Source: an uncultured bacterium (lineage in GTDB: Bacteria > Babelota > Babeliae > Babelales > Babelaceae). From it: 64,000 bases of DNA. The notes under the pieces are model-generated. The model was not told the origin of the DNA, made no database searches, and worked only from the letters and a program-made list of their open reading frames with translations. This document shows positions 56,202 through 64,000 of this stretch, piece by piece. Location: contig CAVQBR010000001.1 of assembly GCA_963710865.1 (NCBI GenBank), positions 48,430-112,429 of the forward strand. The letters are read 5' to 3'. The position numbers were made by a program, and so were the translations under genes. Each line of letters starts with the position of its first letter. The stretch's first letter is position 1.

Positions 56202-57080
56202 TTAATGCACAGGCTGTAAACAGCGGCTCCAGCGAACTTTTTTCCAAAACGCAAGTGGGTTTTTAATAAGATCGACAAACCACCATGATTCAGAACTATC
56301 CATAGACCAAATCCTAAACACTATCCTCCCGTGAATTAACTTTCCATCTAACGGGCCCCAGTCTCGTGAATCAGAGCTCCCTAATCTATTATCTCCCATG
56401 ACCCAATATTGATTTTCACCAAGAGTGATATCAAAAATATCTACCCCTGAGTGAGCAGGAGTTCCTGGATACAAGATTGTCTGTGGCTCCATAGTTTGTG
56501 GATTTAATATAATAAGATGGGGGTCTATTCGATAAAAAGGTTGCTTATCCCACGGTACCGCAGGATCAAATGAGCGACTATCATAATTGCGCTCTTGCGA
56601 ACGACGATGTTCATACGGTAATGATCGCCAGACATAGATAAGGGGATACTTATTAATATAGGCAGACTCATCTAATTTCTTACCATTTACGTAGATGACA
56701 GGATGACCGTCTTCAATCACTCCTTTTACTCTATCTCCTGGCAGTCCAATAACACGTTTCGTCCAATTTGAGATGTTCCATGATGCATAGCGCTGCCAGA
56801 GATTGACCGTAGAATTGGTTGCGTAGGGATAGCGAGGTTCATTAAAAGCTATTATTTCCCCACGTTGTGGCTTTCTCATCCAATACGAAAGCTTATCTGC
56901 AAAGAATCGCTCACCTACGAGCAAGGTTGTTTCCATAGAACCGGTAGGAACTTGGTATAAACCAAAGCCAAAAGTACGTATCACAAAAGCGATAGGTAAG
57001 ATAACAAAAATCAGTTCGAACGCTCCTCGAACAAGAGCTACATCGTGCCATTTACCTAAAATCCGCTTAAATAATTTCAT
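56202..57080 (-). CDS. lepB: signal peptidase I (copy 2)
   Basis: YQVPTGSMETTL and GDNRLGSSDSRDWGPL. Same architecture as copy 1. Confidence 0.9.
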   Translation of the reverse strand: MKLFKRILGKWHDVALVRGAFELIFVILPIAFVIRTFGFGLYQVPTGSMETTLLVGERFFADKLSYWMRKPQRGEIIAFNEPRYPYATNSTVNLWQRYASWNISNWTKRVIGLPGDRVKGVIEDGHPVIYVNGKKLDESAYINKYPLIYVWRSLPYEHRRSQERNYDSRSFDPAVPWDKQPFYRIDPHLIILNPQTMEPQTILYPGTPAHSGVDIFDITLGENQYWVMGDNRLGSSDSRDWGPLDGKLIHGRIVFRIWSMDSSESWWFVDLIKNPLAFWKKVRWSRCLQPVH

Positions 57081-57233
57081 CTTATGCCTTTCTAAATGAT
57101 TACAAGTAAGCTCTTTTCTTCCAAGCTTCCTCTCTTGCTATCTTCTTTCATTTGTTCTTCTTTATACCATCTTACTGCTTATGAAATAGAATACATGAGG
57201 AGCGTAAAAATGAATATACCGCCTTACTCTAAA

Positions 57234-58094
57234 CTATGCAAGAAAAAAAAGAGGATTAACAGCCTTACCCCTCTTATATATCTCAAAATGTAAGTGAGAA
57301 CCCGAGCCACCCCTCTTACTTTTACGTACAAAACCGGTCGCTCCAACACGGCCAATATGGTCGCCGACCTCTACTTTTTGCCCTACCGATACGAATATTT
57401 TATCAAGATGAGCATACCTCGTCTTAAACGTACCGGTATGAGTGATCATAATATAATTGCCGTAACCGGTTGCGTAACAAGCCTCGGTAACCACCCCTTC
57501 CCCAGCAGCATGGACTATTGTCCCTTTCTGCGCGGCCATATCTACTCCAGCATGAAACGCAATGCGACCATTAGGATTTCTTCGTGGACCGTAGAGCGAG
57601 CTTACCCAGAAGTCCCGTGGTTCAACCGGCCAGGAAAACCGTGCTTCCTTGCGCACCTTTTTCCATTCAGCCAATGCTTTTGCCGGCTTAACCTTCATAC
57701 CACCTGCTATCATTTGAGCACCGTTTCCCACAAGTGGTTCTGTGGTATAGGTCCTTTTTTGTTTCAAGCGGCCAGGTTTTCTTCTTGGGCGAGGAGGCAC
57801 AGCCCGAAGGACACCCCTGCGTCGTTTACTCTTTTTACGAACAGTAGTTCTCTGGGGCTTCACTTCCTCTTGAGGGGAAGTTTCAGCCTCGATGTGATAT
57901 AAAGGAGAGGCATCAAAGGTTATCAGTTTCTGATGTTGTAAAAAATCTGAACGGTGTATATATGAAGAAGAATTTTGTACTGAAACTTCAGGTAAATCAG
58001 TCGGACGGGAAAAATGATATTCTGCTACAAGACAACCGGTTGCTACGAGGAAGGAGCTTGCCCAGGCACACATCATACTTTGCTGAATTGTCAT
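57234..58094 (-). CDS. M23-family (LytM-type) metallopeptidase, probable lipoprotein
   Basis: HAGVDMAAQKGTIVHAAGEGVV ... GYGNYIMITH ... YAHLDKI ... GDHIGRVGATG ... SHLHFE contains the HxxxD and HxH motifs. The N-terminus FLVATGC is lipobox-like. It starts 4 nt after the batD stop. Confidence 0.85.
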   Translation of the reverse strand: MTIQQSMMCAWASSFLVATGCLVAEYHFSRPTDLPEVSVQNSSSYIHRSDFLQHQKLITFDASPLYHIEAETSPQEEVKPQRTTVRKKSKRRRGVLRAVPPRPRRKPGRLKQKRTYTTEPLVGNGAQMIAGGMKVKPAKALAEWKKVRKEARFSWPVEPRDFWVSSLYGPRRNPNGRIAFHAGVDMAAQKGTIVHAAGEGVVTEACYATGYGNYIMITHTGTFKTRYAHLDKIFVSVGQKVEVGDHIGRVGATGFVRKSKRGGSGSHLHFEIYKRGKAVNPLFFLA

Positions 58095-58097
58095 CCG

Positions 58098-60131
58098 TCA
58101 AACCTCTCGTTTTAAGGCAACCTGTGCGCTCTCAATCCACCCGCTTCCCTCAGGAGAAGACACATAATACCATGCGCCTGCTTTTTTCGCAAGCACCACA
58201 ACGCTTTGATGAGGGAGTTTCCCCCGTATCGGATAGCTTTTATCGGGTCCTACGTAGAGAATGCCCGGATCACTCATCACTATCATCCGGGGATAATAGT
58301 GTCTATATGCATGTAAAGACCACCAACAAAACAGCAGTATACAGATGAATGAAAGACCAAGCTTTCGAGTAGGTGAAAACCATACTGCCCACCAACTTAT
58401 AAGAGCGAGCACCTGCCAGACGATAAAAGGAATAGTGGAAGTATAAGATACTATTTGATCAATCGAAGGATGAGCAGACAGCGTCTGCACCATCACAAGA
58501 CTCAGAAGGAGTGCCACCTTTTTTTGAGAAAGCTGCTTAAGCCACACAGTAATATCCTTATATATATGTGGTCGTACCGGTCTTTGTCCGCCTTGTGTAT
58601 ACTCGGTATAATGCACTACCTCATGTACCAGTGCTTGCCAGGTCCTATCATCATACCCCTGCTGTTGTAAAGCTTCGGTGACAGCATCTTCACTCGACTC
58701 GGGAGGAAGATCACAATATTCAATCATTGCACGTTTAAGCGTATCATAGAGTCCTGATGGATCATGTAAGCGTTCACTTTTCTTAATTGCCCGCCGTGCG
58801 CGGCGCAGTATTAATGCCCGCCGCACCCGTTGTATGAAACGAGGCATGCGAGGCGTATAATGCCGGACAATCCAAGACCCAGCTTGCACACAGGGAGGGA
58901 TAAGAAAGAGAAGCAGAAATACCATCCAGGGCAGCTCAGCTGGTCGCTCCTGCGGGCGTTCCTGTTTAACCTCCTGCTTAACAGGCTCTACAGGTCGCTC
59001 CACTGCCCGCGTACTTGGAGTAGCGGTAATAGTAAGCGGTTCTGTCTTCAGCGTCTTATACTGTCTGCTGCTCGTATCAAAAAATCGTATCGATTGTGCA
59101 GGAATGGTAAATGTACCTGGCTTCAGCCCCTGGACTACATATTCCCAGGTCTGAACGGTAGTACCATGTTCGGCTCTCGTTTTGCTTGTCGATTCATACG
59201 ATCGAAGCTCAGAAGGGAGGTTTAATCGAGGTGTCTGAACCGACTCAGGATAGTCTCCTTCAAGAGCAAGCGTTAAGAGTGCCGCTTCCCCTTCAGCCAA
59301 TTGTGAAGTATTTAATGAGGCAGTAAATCGCGTAAAATGACCAACACCTTGGCACGGCTTATCCGTTGGAGGAAGAGGCTTACCCTCGATTACCATCTTA
59401 TCAGTAAAAACAGCATTACGGTCACTTAAGCCTGCAAATGCAAAAACCGACCACCCTCCCACGCGTGGCTCTTGATAATCGGCACGCAACGGAGGAATCG
59501 TAACAGTCCCTGGCTTATCGAGAAAGAGATACCCTGTATACTCAACCACTGACGAGCCGTCCAGTTCAGCTTTTGCGGCACCTTGCGAGAGCGGACCGAC
59601 AGTCATCCCCGAAGCATGCGGCGTCTCTAAATGTATAAGCTTTATGTCTAGATCATGCGAAATAAATCGTAAAACAAAAGGAATACGTTCCAATGGAACA
59701 GCAGTCTTAGCCTTCAGCTTCAATTCATAGCGAGGAGCTGCCTGTTGGGCCTTCTGAGCCTGCACGACGGTGAGCGTAGCGGTCCCTGATGAACTACCAT
59801 CAATACGAGCAGGACCAATGTGATAGGTACCTGGCTGTTCTGCTATCACGGTATATACAAACTGCTGTACCTGTTCTGCTTGCCCTTGCACTGAAGTCAT
59901 CCGAGTTTCCATTCGCTGACCAACAACCTGCAACTTCTCAAGTGATTCTATCACAGGCCTGCTTCGGACTTTTTCAGGCGAGGTGCTACTCACGACTACT
60001 AAAAAAGGGGTCCCAACGCCGACAGAGCTCAGCTCTATACCCTGATTATTGGTAATGCGTAACTCAAGTCCTTGAGCACAGACCCCTAGGGTAAAAAACA
60101 AACAAAGGTTACCAATTTTTCGTACCATCAT
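58098..60131 (-). CDS. batD: BatD-like oxygen-tolerance protein with TM segments and a C-terminal SH3b-like domain
   Basis: Signal peptide, then a long beta-rich periplasmic region with repeated P(G/A)T(Y/F/V)(H/T)IP blocks (PGTYHIGPA, PGTVTIPPL, PGTFTIPAQ), as in BatD. Several TM segments follow. The last roughly 60 aa, ILYVGPDKSYPIRGKLPHQSVVVLAKKAGAWYYVSSPEGSGWIES, are SH3b-like. Its position after batA-batB-batC supports the call. Confidence 0.7.
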   Translation of the reverse strand: MMVRKIGNLCLFFTLGVCAQGLELRITNNQGIELSSVGVGTPFLVVVSSTSPEKVRSRPVIESLEKLQVVGQRMETRMTSVQGQAEQVQQFVYTVIAEQPGTYHIGPARIDGSSSGTATLTVVQAQKAQQAAPRYELKLKAKTAVPLERIPFVLRFISHDLDIKLIHLETPHASGMTVGPLSQGAAKAELDGSSVVEYTGYLFLDKPGTVTIPPLRADYQEPRVGGWSVFAFAGLSDRNAVFTDKMVIEGKPLPPTDKPCQGVGHFTRFTASLNTSQLAEGEAALLTLALEGDYPESVQTPRLNLPSELRSYESTSKTRAEHGTTVQTWEYVVQGLKPGTFTIPAQSIRFFDTSSRQYKTLKTEPLTITATPSTRAVERPVEPVKQEVKQERPQERPAELPWMVFLLLFLIPPCVQAGSWIVRHYTPRMPRFIQRVRRALILRRARRAIKKSERLHDPSGLYDTLKRAMIEYCDLPPESSEDAVTEALQQQGYDDRTWQALVHEVVHYTEYTQGGQRPVRPHIYKDITVWLKQLSQKKVALLLSLVMVQTLSAHPSIDQIVSYTSTIPFIVWQVLALISWWAVWFSPTRKLGLSFICILLFCWWSLHAYRHYYPRMIVMSDPGILYVGPDKSYPIRGKLPHQSVVVLAKKAGAWYYVSSPEGSGWIESAQVALKREV

Positions 60132-61185
60132 GCTCCGGTTTGGTAGGCATTGCTCTACGAATTATTATTCGCTGGGCTTGTCGATCACCTTTTTCAACCT
60201 GTTCTAGCAAGCGCTTTTCCTGGTCATTTAACTGCTCTTCTGCTATACTTTTTTCTCCAGCATGAGCTGTTGTATCACTTGTATCATCCTTTTGATCTTT
60301 TGACAACTCTGAGCCTGGTTTTTTCTCAGATCGTTCTTCAGACTTTTTCTCAGGAGGCCCCTGATGTTGACCATCTTGACCATTATTTTGAGTACGCTTC
60401 TGCTCCTTGGGTTGCTTTGTATCATCAACCTCGGAGTCATCCTCTCCGTCGGATCCATCATTTTGTTCAGCGTCCTCGCCCTGATCTCGGTCTGTGCCAT
60501 CTTGCTTTCTCTGATTCTGCTTCCCTTTATCTTCCTTATTGGGCTCTTGAGCGCCTTTCTGGGATTCAGACTCCTTATCTTCATTCTTGCGCTCATCTTT
60601 TTGTTCCTGCTTAGATGAGTCGTTTTGCTCTCCTTGAGAGTTCTGCTTATCCTTACCACCATCTTGAGAATCAGATTTCTGATTGCCCTTCTTGTTCTTA
60701 TCGTCTTTTTCCTTATTATTCTCTTGTTTTTGATCCTGCTTCTTGTTCTTTTCTTCTTGCTCGTTCTTTTTCTGTTCTTCCATCAACTTCTTCACCAGAT
60801 CAATCCTTTTTTTGGCATGCTCATTATCCGGATTTAAGGCAAGTACCTCCTGATATGCTTTCAATGCAGGTTCATACTGATGCTGGGAAAGATAGCTATC
60901 GCCAAGATTAAACGATGCATACTCCTTCAAACTCTTCGTACTTTTTTCTGAATGAGCTACCTTTTCAAACGCTTGAACTGCAGCAGAGTAATCTTTCATC
61001 GTATAGGCAGTTTTCCCTACCTTATAAAGTGCTCCCATATCATCAGGATGCTTCATAACCGCTTCTTCATACAAAGCACGAGCCTCCTCCAGTTCTCCCT
61101 TTTTATATACCTGGTCACCTTTCCACGAGGAGAAGGATGCAGCCTGGAGCGAGCTAAAGCTCAGGGCTATAATAAGTTTCTTCAT
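60109..61185 (-). CDS. batC: BatC-like TPR protein with a long K/E/D/Q-rich low-complexity tail
   Basis: The likely start is the ATG at 61185 (MKKLIIALSFSSLQA signal; GAGGA SD). About three TPR units (YKKGELEEARALYEEAV ... YKVGKTAY ... NLGDSYLSQHQYEPALKAYQEVLALNPDN). These are followed by roughly 200 aa of charged low complexity. Confidence 0.7.
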   Translation of the reverse strand: MKKLIIALSFSSLQAASFSSWKGDQVYKKGELEEARALYEEAVMKHPDDMGALYKVGKTAYTMKDYSAAVQAFEKVAHSEKSTKSLKEYASFNLGDSYLSQHQYEPALKAYQEVLALNPDNEHAKKRIDLVKKLMEEQKKNEQEEKNKKQDQKQENNKEKDDKNKKGNQKSDSQDGGKDKQNSQGEQNDSSKQEQKDERKNEDKESESQKGAQEPNKEDKGKQNQRKQDGTDRDQGEDAEQNDGSDGEDDSEVDDTKQPKEQKRTQNNGQDGQHQGPPEKKSEERSEKKPGSELSKDQKDDTSDTTAHAGEKSIAEEQLNDQEKRLLEQVEKGDRQAQRIIIRRAMPTKPEHDGTKNW

Positions 61186-61192
61186 GAAATCC

Positions 61193-62182
61193 TCAAATCG
61201 TCGCAACAACCCATTCAAGCAACAGGCTCAAAAGGCTGAGCGCAGCAAAATACCAATAGTGTTCTTGTTTTGCCACCACCGATGTGTCAGCAAACTTCTC
61301 TTTTTCAAACCGCTGTACCCCGGTAACAAGAGCTCGAATATCCGAGCCATCTTCAGTCGCCTTGATAAACTCAGCTCCCGTTTCTGCCGCTAATGAACGG
61401 AGCAGCTGTTCATGTAACCGAGTAATAACAACCGCGCCATTCTCATCCTTTTGGTGGCCCTGCTGGACGCCTTCATCAGTATACAAAGGTATCGGCGCAC
61501 CTTCTGGAGTGCCAATACCGAGAGTAAAGATGCTCAATCCCAATTCTTTTGCTTGCTTATTAACTCCCTCGAGATGCCCTGAAAAATCTTCACCATCCGT
61601 TACAATAACCATAAGGGGGTGCTTATGTAGAGGCATAGCTTTAAACATTTCAAGAGCTTTCATAATTGCCTTATCAAAAGCAGTCGTTCCCGATGAAATA
61701 GTTTCTACATCAACCGCATCTAAAAAACTCATGAATGCATTCGTGTCAGTAGTAAACGGGCATTGAATAAATGGACTGCCTGAAAATATCATCAGAGCAA
61801 CCCGCTCTGCCTTGAGCGACTCTACTAAGCGTTTGATCTTGTTCTTTGCAAACTCTAAGCGAGATGGCTTCATATCCTGGGCTAGCATACTGCGAGAGAT
61901 ATCAAGCGCAATAAGCACATCTCTTCCCTCTTGGGAAACCATCTGACGCAGATCATCCCATTGAGGCCGTGCCAAAGCAAGGAGTAAGAATACGAGTGCA
62001 CTTGCTAGTAGAAGGCCACTCAGGGATCTTCGCATCAGAGAAACATTGCGCAAATTCATTTCGCCAAGCACAGTGATCGTCTTTCTTTGCCAGACAAAGT
62101 GCTTACCAAGGAGCACAAGAGCTGCAGCGACCAAAAGTCCTGCATAGACTGCATTGTGCAGATTCGCCCAAAATATAGTCAT
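61193..62182 (-). CDS. batB: BatB-like von Willebrand factor A domain membrane protein
   Basis: The likely start is the ATG at 62182, overlapping the batA stop as ATGA (MTIFWANLHNAVYAGLLVAAALVLL). MIDAS motif DVLIALDISRSM and a C-terminal TM segment. Confidence 0.8.
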   Translation of the reverse strand: MTIFWANLHNAVYAGLLVAAALVLLGKHFVWQRKTITVLGEMNLRNVSLMRRSLSGLLLASALVFLLLALARPQWDDLRQMVSQEGRDVLIALDISRSMLAQDMKPSRLEFAKNKIKRLVESLKAERVALMIFSGSPFIQCPFTTDTNAFMSFLDAVDVETISSGTTAFDKAIMKALEMFKAMPLHKHPLMVIVTDGEDFSGHLEGVNKQAKELGLSIFTLGIGTPEGAPIPLYTDEGVQQGHQKDENGAVVITRLHEQLLRSLAAETGAEFIKATEDGSDIRALVTGVQRFEKEKFADTSVVAKQEHYWYFAALSLLSLLLEWVVATI

Positions 62183-63159
62183 AAGCGCACCCATACCAGT
62201 GATACCAGAACAATGTAGATGAGTAACAACATGAGTGCGAGCCATAAAAAGAACATAAAGTGCTCCTTATACCGAGCATAGATCGGCGTTTCATACTCTG
62301 TTCGTTCAAGTGTATCTATCGTATCATAGATCGCAACCATATCTGCCGGATTACGTGCATGAAAGAACTGCCCTCCTGTTTCATGAGCAAACTTTTCAAG
62401 AAGCGGAACATTAAGGGCTGATTGCGCTCGTACCAGTCCATACATTGGATCCTCTATCCAGCCACCCCGCTCTGAACCAATGCCGACAGTATAAATTTTA
62501 ATGCCGAGCTTCTTGGCAAGATCGATGCTCAGTTCTGGCCGAGTATCGTTACCGGTCGGTTCACCATCGGTAAGCACAATCATAATTTTATTCTTAGCAG
62601 TCGATTTTTTCAAACGATTAGCTGCCGTTAATATAGCACGAGAAAGAACGGTACCCGGAACAGCAATCGTCGCGGTCGTCGTCTCATGTAATATCTCTTT
62701 TAAAATACCTTTATCGAGGGTAAGCGGACAGCGCGATAGCGCAACCCCAGCAAATAATACGAGACCTATAGGGTCGTTTTCTCGCTTATCAATAAATCGT
62801 AACGCCTCATCCCGAGCGACATCCCAACGGGTTCGCCTATCTTGCGGATCATCAAAGATAATCATACTTTGCGATGCATCCAAAACGAGCATAATATCTA
62901 CCCCCTGTACGGGAATTTTAGATCGCTCATCGGGCGTTTGAAACCGTGCAAGAGCACAACATAAAGCTACTAACGTTCCCACACGCGTCAAGAACAGTAC
63001 TAGTGTTCGCCAGCGAGGCGGTGGCGTAAATCGCTGTAAAGGCGCAAGTGAAGAAAAAAGATAGAGAGGTGTTTTATGGTATACCCAATACAACCAGCTA
63101 CATACAAGGAGCAATGGAAGTCCTACATATATAACATATGGATACAGCATCTGAATCAT
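62179..63159 (-). CDS. batA: BatA-like von Willebrand factor A domain membrane protein
   Basis: N-terminal TMs, MIDAS motif DIMLVLDASQSM, VWA core IMIVLTDGEPTGN, C-terminal TM. Confidence 0.8.
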   Translation of the reverse strand: MIQMLYPYVIYVGLPLLLVCSWLYWVYHKTPLYLFSSLAPLQRFTPPPRWRTLVLFLTRVGTLVALCCALARFQTPDERSKIPVQGVDIMLVLDASQSMIIFDDPQDRRTRWDVARDEALRFIDKRENDPIGLVLFAGVALSRCPLTLDKGILKEILHETTTATIAVPGTVLSRAILTAANRLKKSTAKNKIMIVLTDGEPTGNDTRPELSIDLAKKLGIKIYTVGIGSERGGWIEDPMYGLVRAQSALNVPLLEKFAHETGGQFFHARNPADMVAIYDTIDTLERTEYETPIYARYKEHFMFFLWLALMLLLIYIVLVSLVWVRL

Positions 63160-63172
63160 AGATCACAACCTC

Positions 63173-63892
63173 TTAAGCAGCTTGCTCAATAAACCACTGT
63201 CTCACTCGCCGAGTAAACTCAGCTTCAGTTTCAGTTTCTTGAAAATAGAATGGTGCGCCAATACGAATAACAACATCCACTGGATATATATAAAAGCTAT
63301 ACGGCGGATAGAGTTTGCCATTATTAGGCATATACACCGGAATGACCGGCCTTCCTGTTTTCTTTGCTATCATAGCAAAGCCTTCATAAAAAGGATGAAT
63401 AGTCCCATCGGTAAATCTGCCCCCTTCAGGGAAAATAAGAAGATGGCGATTCTTGCCTTCGATAAACCGGTACAACTGTATCAATGAACGAGCTGACGAT
63501 CCTGCGAGCTTTTTATCAACTGGGACGAACATACGAGTAATAAAAAAACCCAATACTGGAGTTGAAACATAGTAGGCTAAGACAAGCCATACATGGGATG
63601 TCCCTTCGCACAAAGAACCAAGGGCAGGTATATCAAATGCAGATTGATGATTCGCTACAAAAATTGCAGGACCTTGAGGGAGATGCTCTTCGCCGGTAAT
63701 ATGAACAGGAGTGAGTGGAGCATACAGTACTATCTTATAAAAATAATCAAGCAGGAGAAAGAAAAGACGATTATCATATCTATACTTTGCAGGCAAACAA
63801 GCAATAATTAAACAGGGCGGCACAAGCACGGCACCTGCAACGAACACAAGGATATAGCTCACACAGCTACGCCACAACAAAGTAAAATTCAT
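63173..63892 (-). CDS. plsC: 1-acyl-sn-glycerol-3-phosphate acyltransferase
   Basis: HxxxxD acyltransferase motif in VANHQSAFD, then FPEGGR and a P..PV block. N-terminal TM segment. Confidence 0.85.
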   Translation of the reverse strand: MNFTLLWRSCVSYILVFVAGAVLVPPCLIIACLPAKYRYDNRLFFLLLDYFYKIVLYAPLTPVHITGEEHLPQGPAIFVANHQSAFDIPALGSLCEGTSHVWLVLAYYVSTPVLGFFITRMFVPVDKKLAGSSARSLIQLYRFIEGKNRHLLIFPEGGRFTDGTIHPFYEGFAMIAKKTGRPVIPVYMPNNGKLYPPYSFYIYPVDVVIRIGAPFYFQETETEAEFTRRVRQWFIEQAA

Positions 63893-64000
63893 CTTTTTTT
63901 GCCTCTTTTTAGATCACTAGTTTCAGTATGCCAGAAATTTAAAAAATCTGGAACCAGCCGGTGCAGCCGATCTGATTAGAATCTTTTATTCAATGCTTTT

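Noticed and set aside
60150-60911. Multiple overlapping ORFs on both strands (60150..60614, 60243..60662, 60364..60618, 60615..60911, 60625..60837)
   Set aside because: They all lie within the purine-rich low-complexity tail of the BatC-like gene, where any frame stays open. The operon context supports only the batC frame.

Overview
The gene content points to a host- or protist-associated bacterium, perhaps with a Dependentiae/TM6-, Chlamydiae- or Legionella-like lifestyle. That is an inference from the many Sec-signal ankyrin-repeat proteins and eukaryote-like secreted proteins; no marker gene was identified.

Bases 1 to about 45,600 are an accessory, duplication-rich region containing:
- a small mobile/defence-like cluster: an orphan mobile mystery protein A, a HigBA-like toxin-antitoxin pair and two AAA-ATPase plus PD-(D/E)XK nuclease genes;
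- three copies of a giant secreted parallel beta-helix plus C-terminal propeller-like protein. Two are fused and sit in a roughly 5.2-kb tandem segmental duplication; the third is split and frameshifted. Each copy lies next to a signal-peptide ankyrin-repeat gene;
- a PLC-like phosphodiesterase and a DxD glycosyltransferase-like secreted protein;
- a convergent pair of AAA_14/DUF4143 ATPases;
- an outer-membrane beta-barrel gene followed by tandem remnants of its own 3-prime end;
- a BI-1-like membrane protein, a MerR/TipAS triplet and a GntR-MFS pair.

Bases 45,600 to 52,170 are a roughly 5.9-kb island bracketed by direct repeats of the 3-prime half of a GspE/PilB-type ATPase gene. It holds a TnpB (IS200/IS605 OrfB) gene split by a complete group II intron with its reverse transcriptase/maturase. 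In-silico splicing restores an intact RuvC triad.

Bases 52,170 to 64,000 look like core genome, all on the minus strand:
- GspE-like ATPase, a FUN14-like membrane protein and HU;
- tRNA-Leu(UAA), tRNA-Cys(GCA) and a rhodanese lipoprotein;
- a tandem duplication of lepB plus an M23 peptidase 3-prime fragment;
- M23 peptidase, batD-batC-batB-batA and plsC.

No rRNA genes, CRISPR arrays or phage structural genes were seen. The most interesting signals are the intron-split tnpB, the recurring gene-3-prime-end duplications, and the beta-helix/propeller plus ankyrin modules. All family assignments come from motif recognition by eye, not from database searches.
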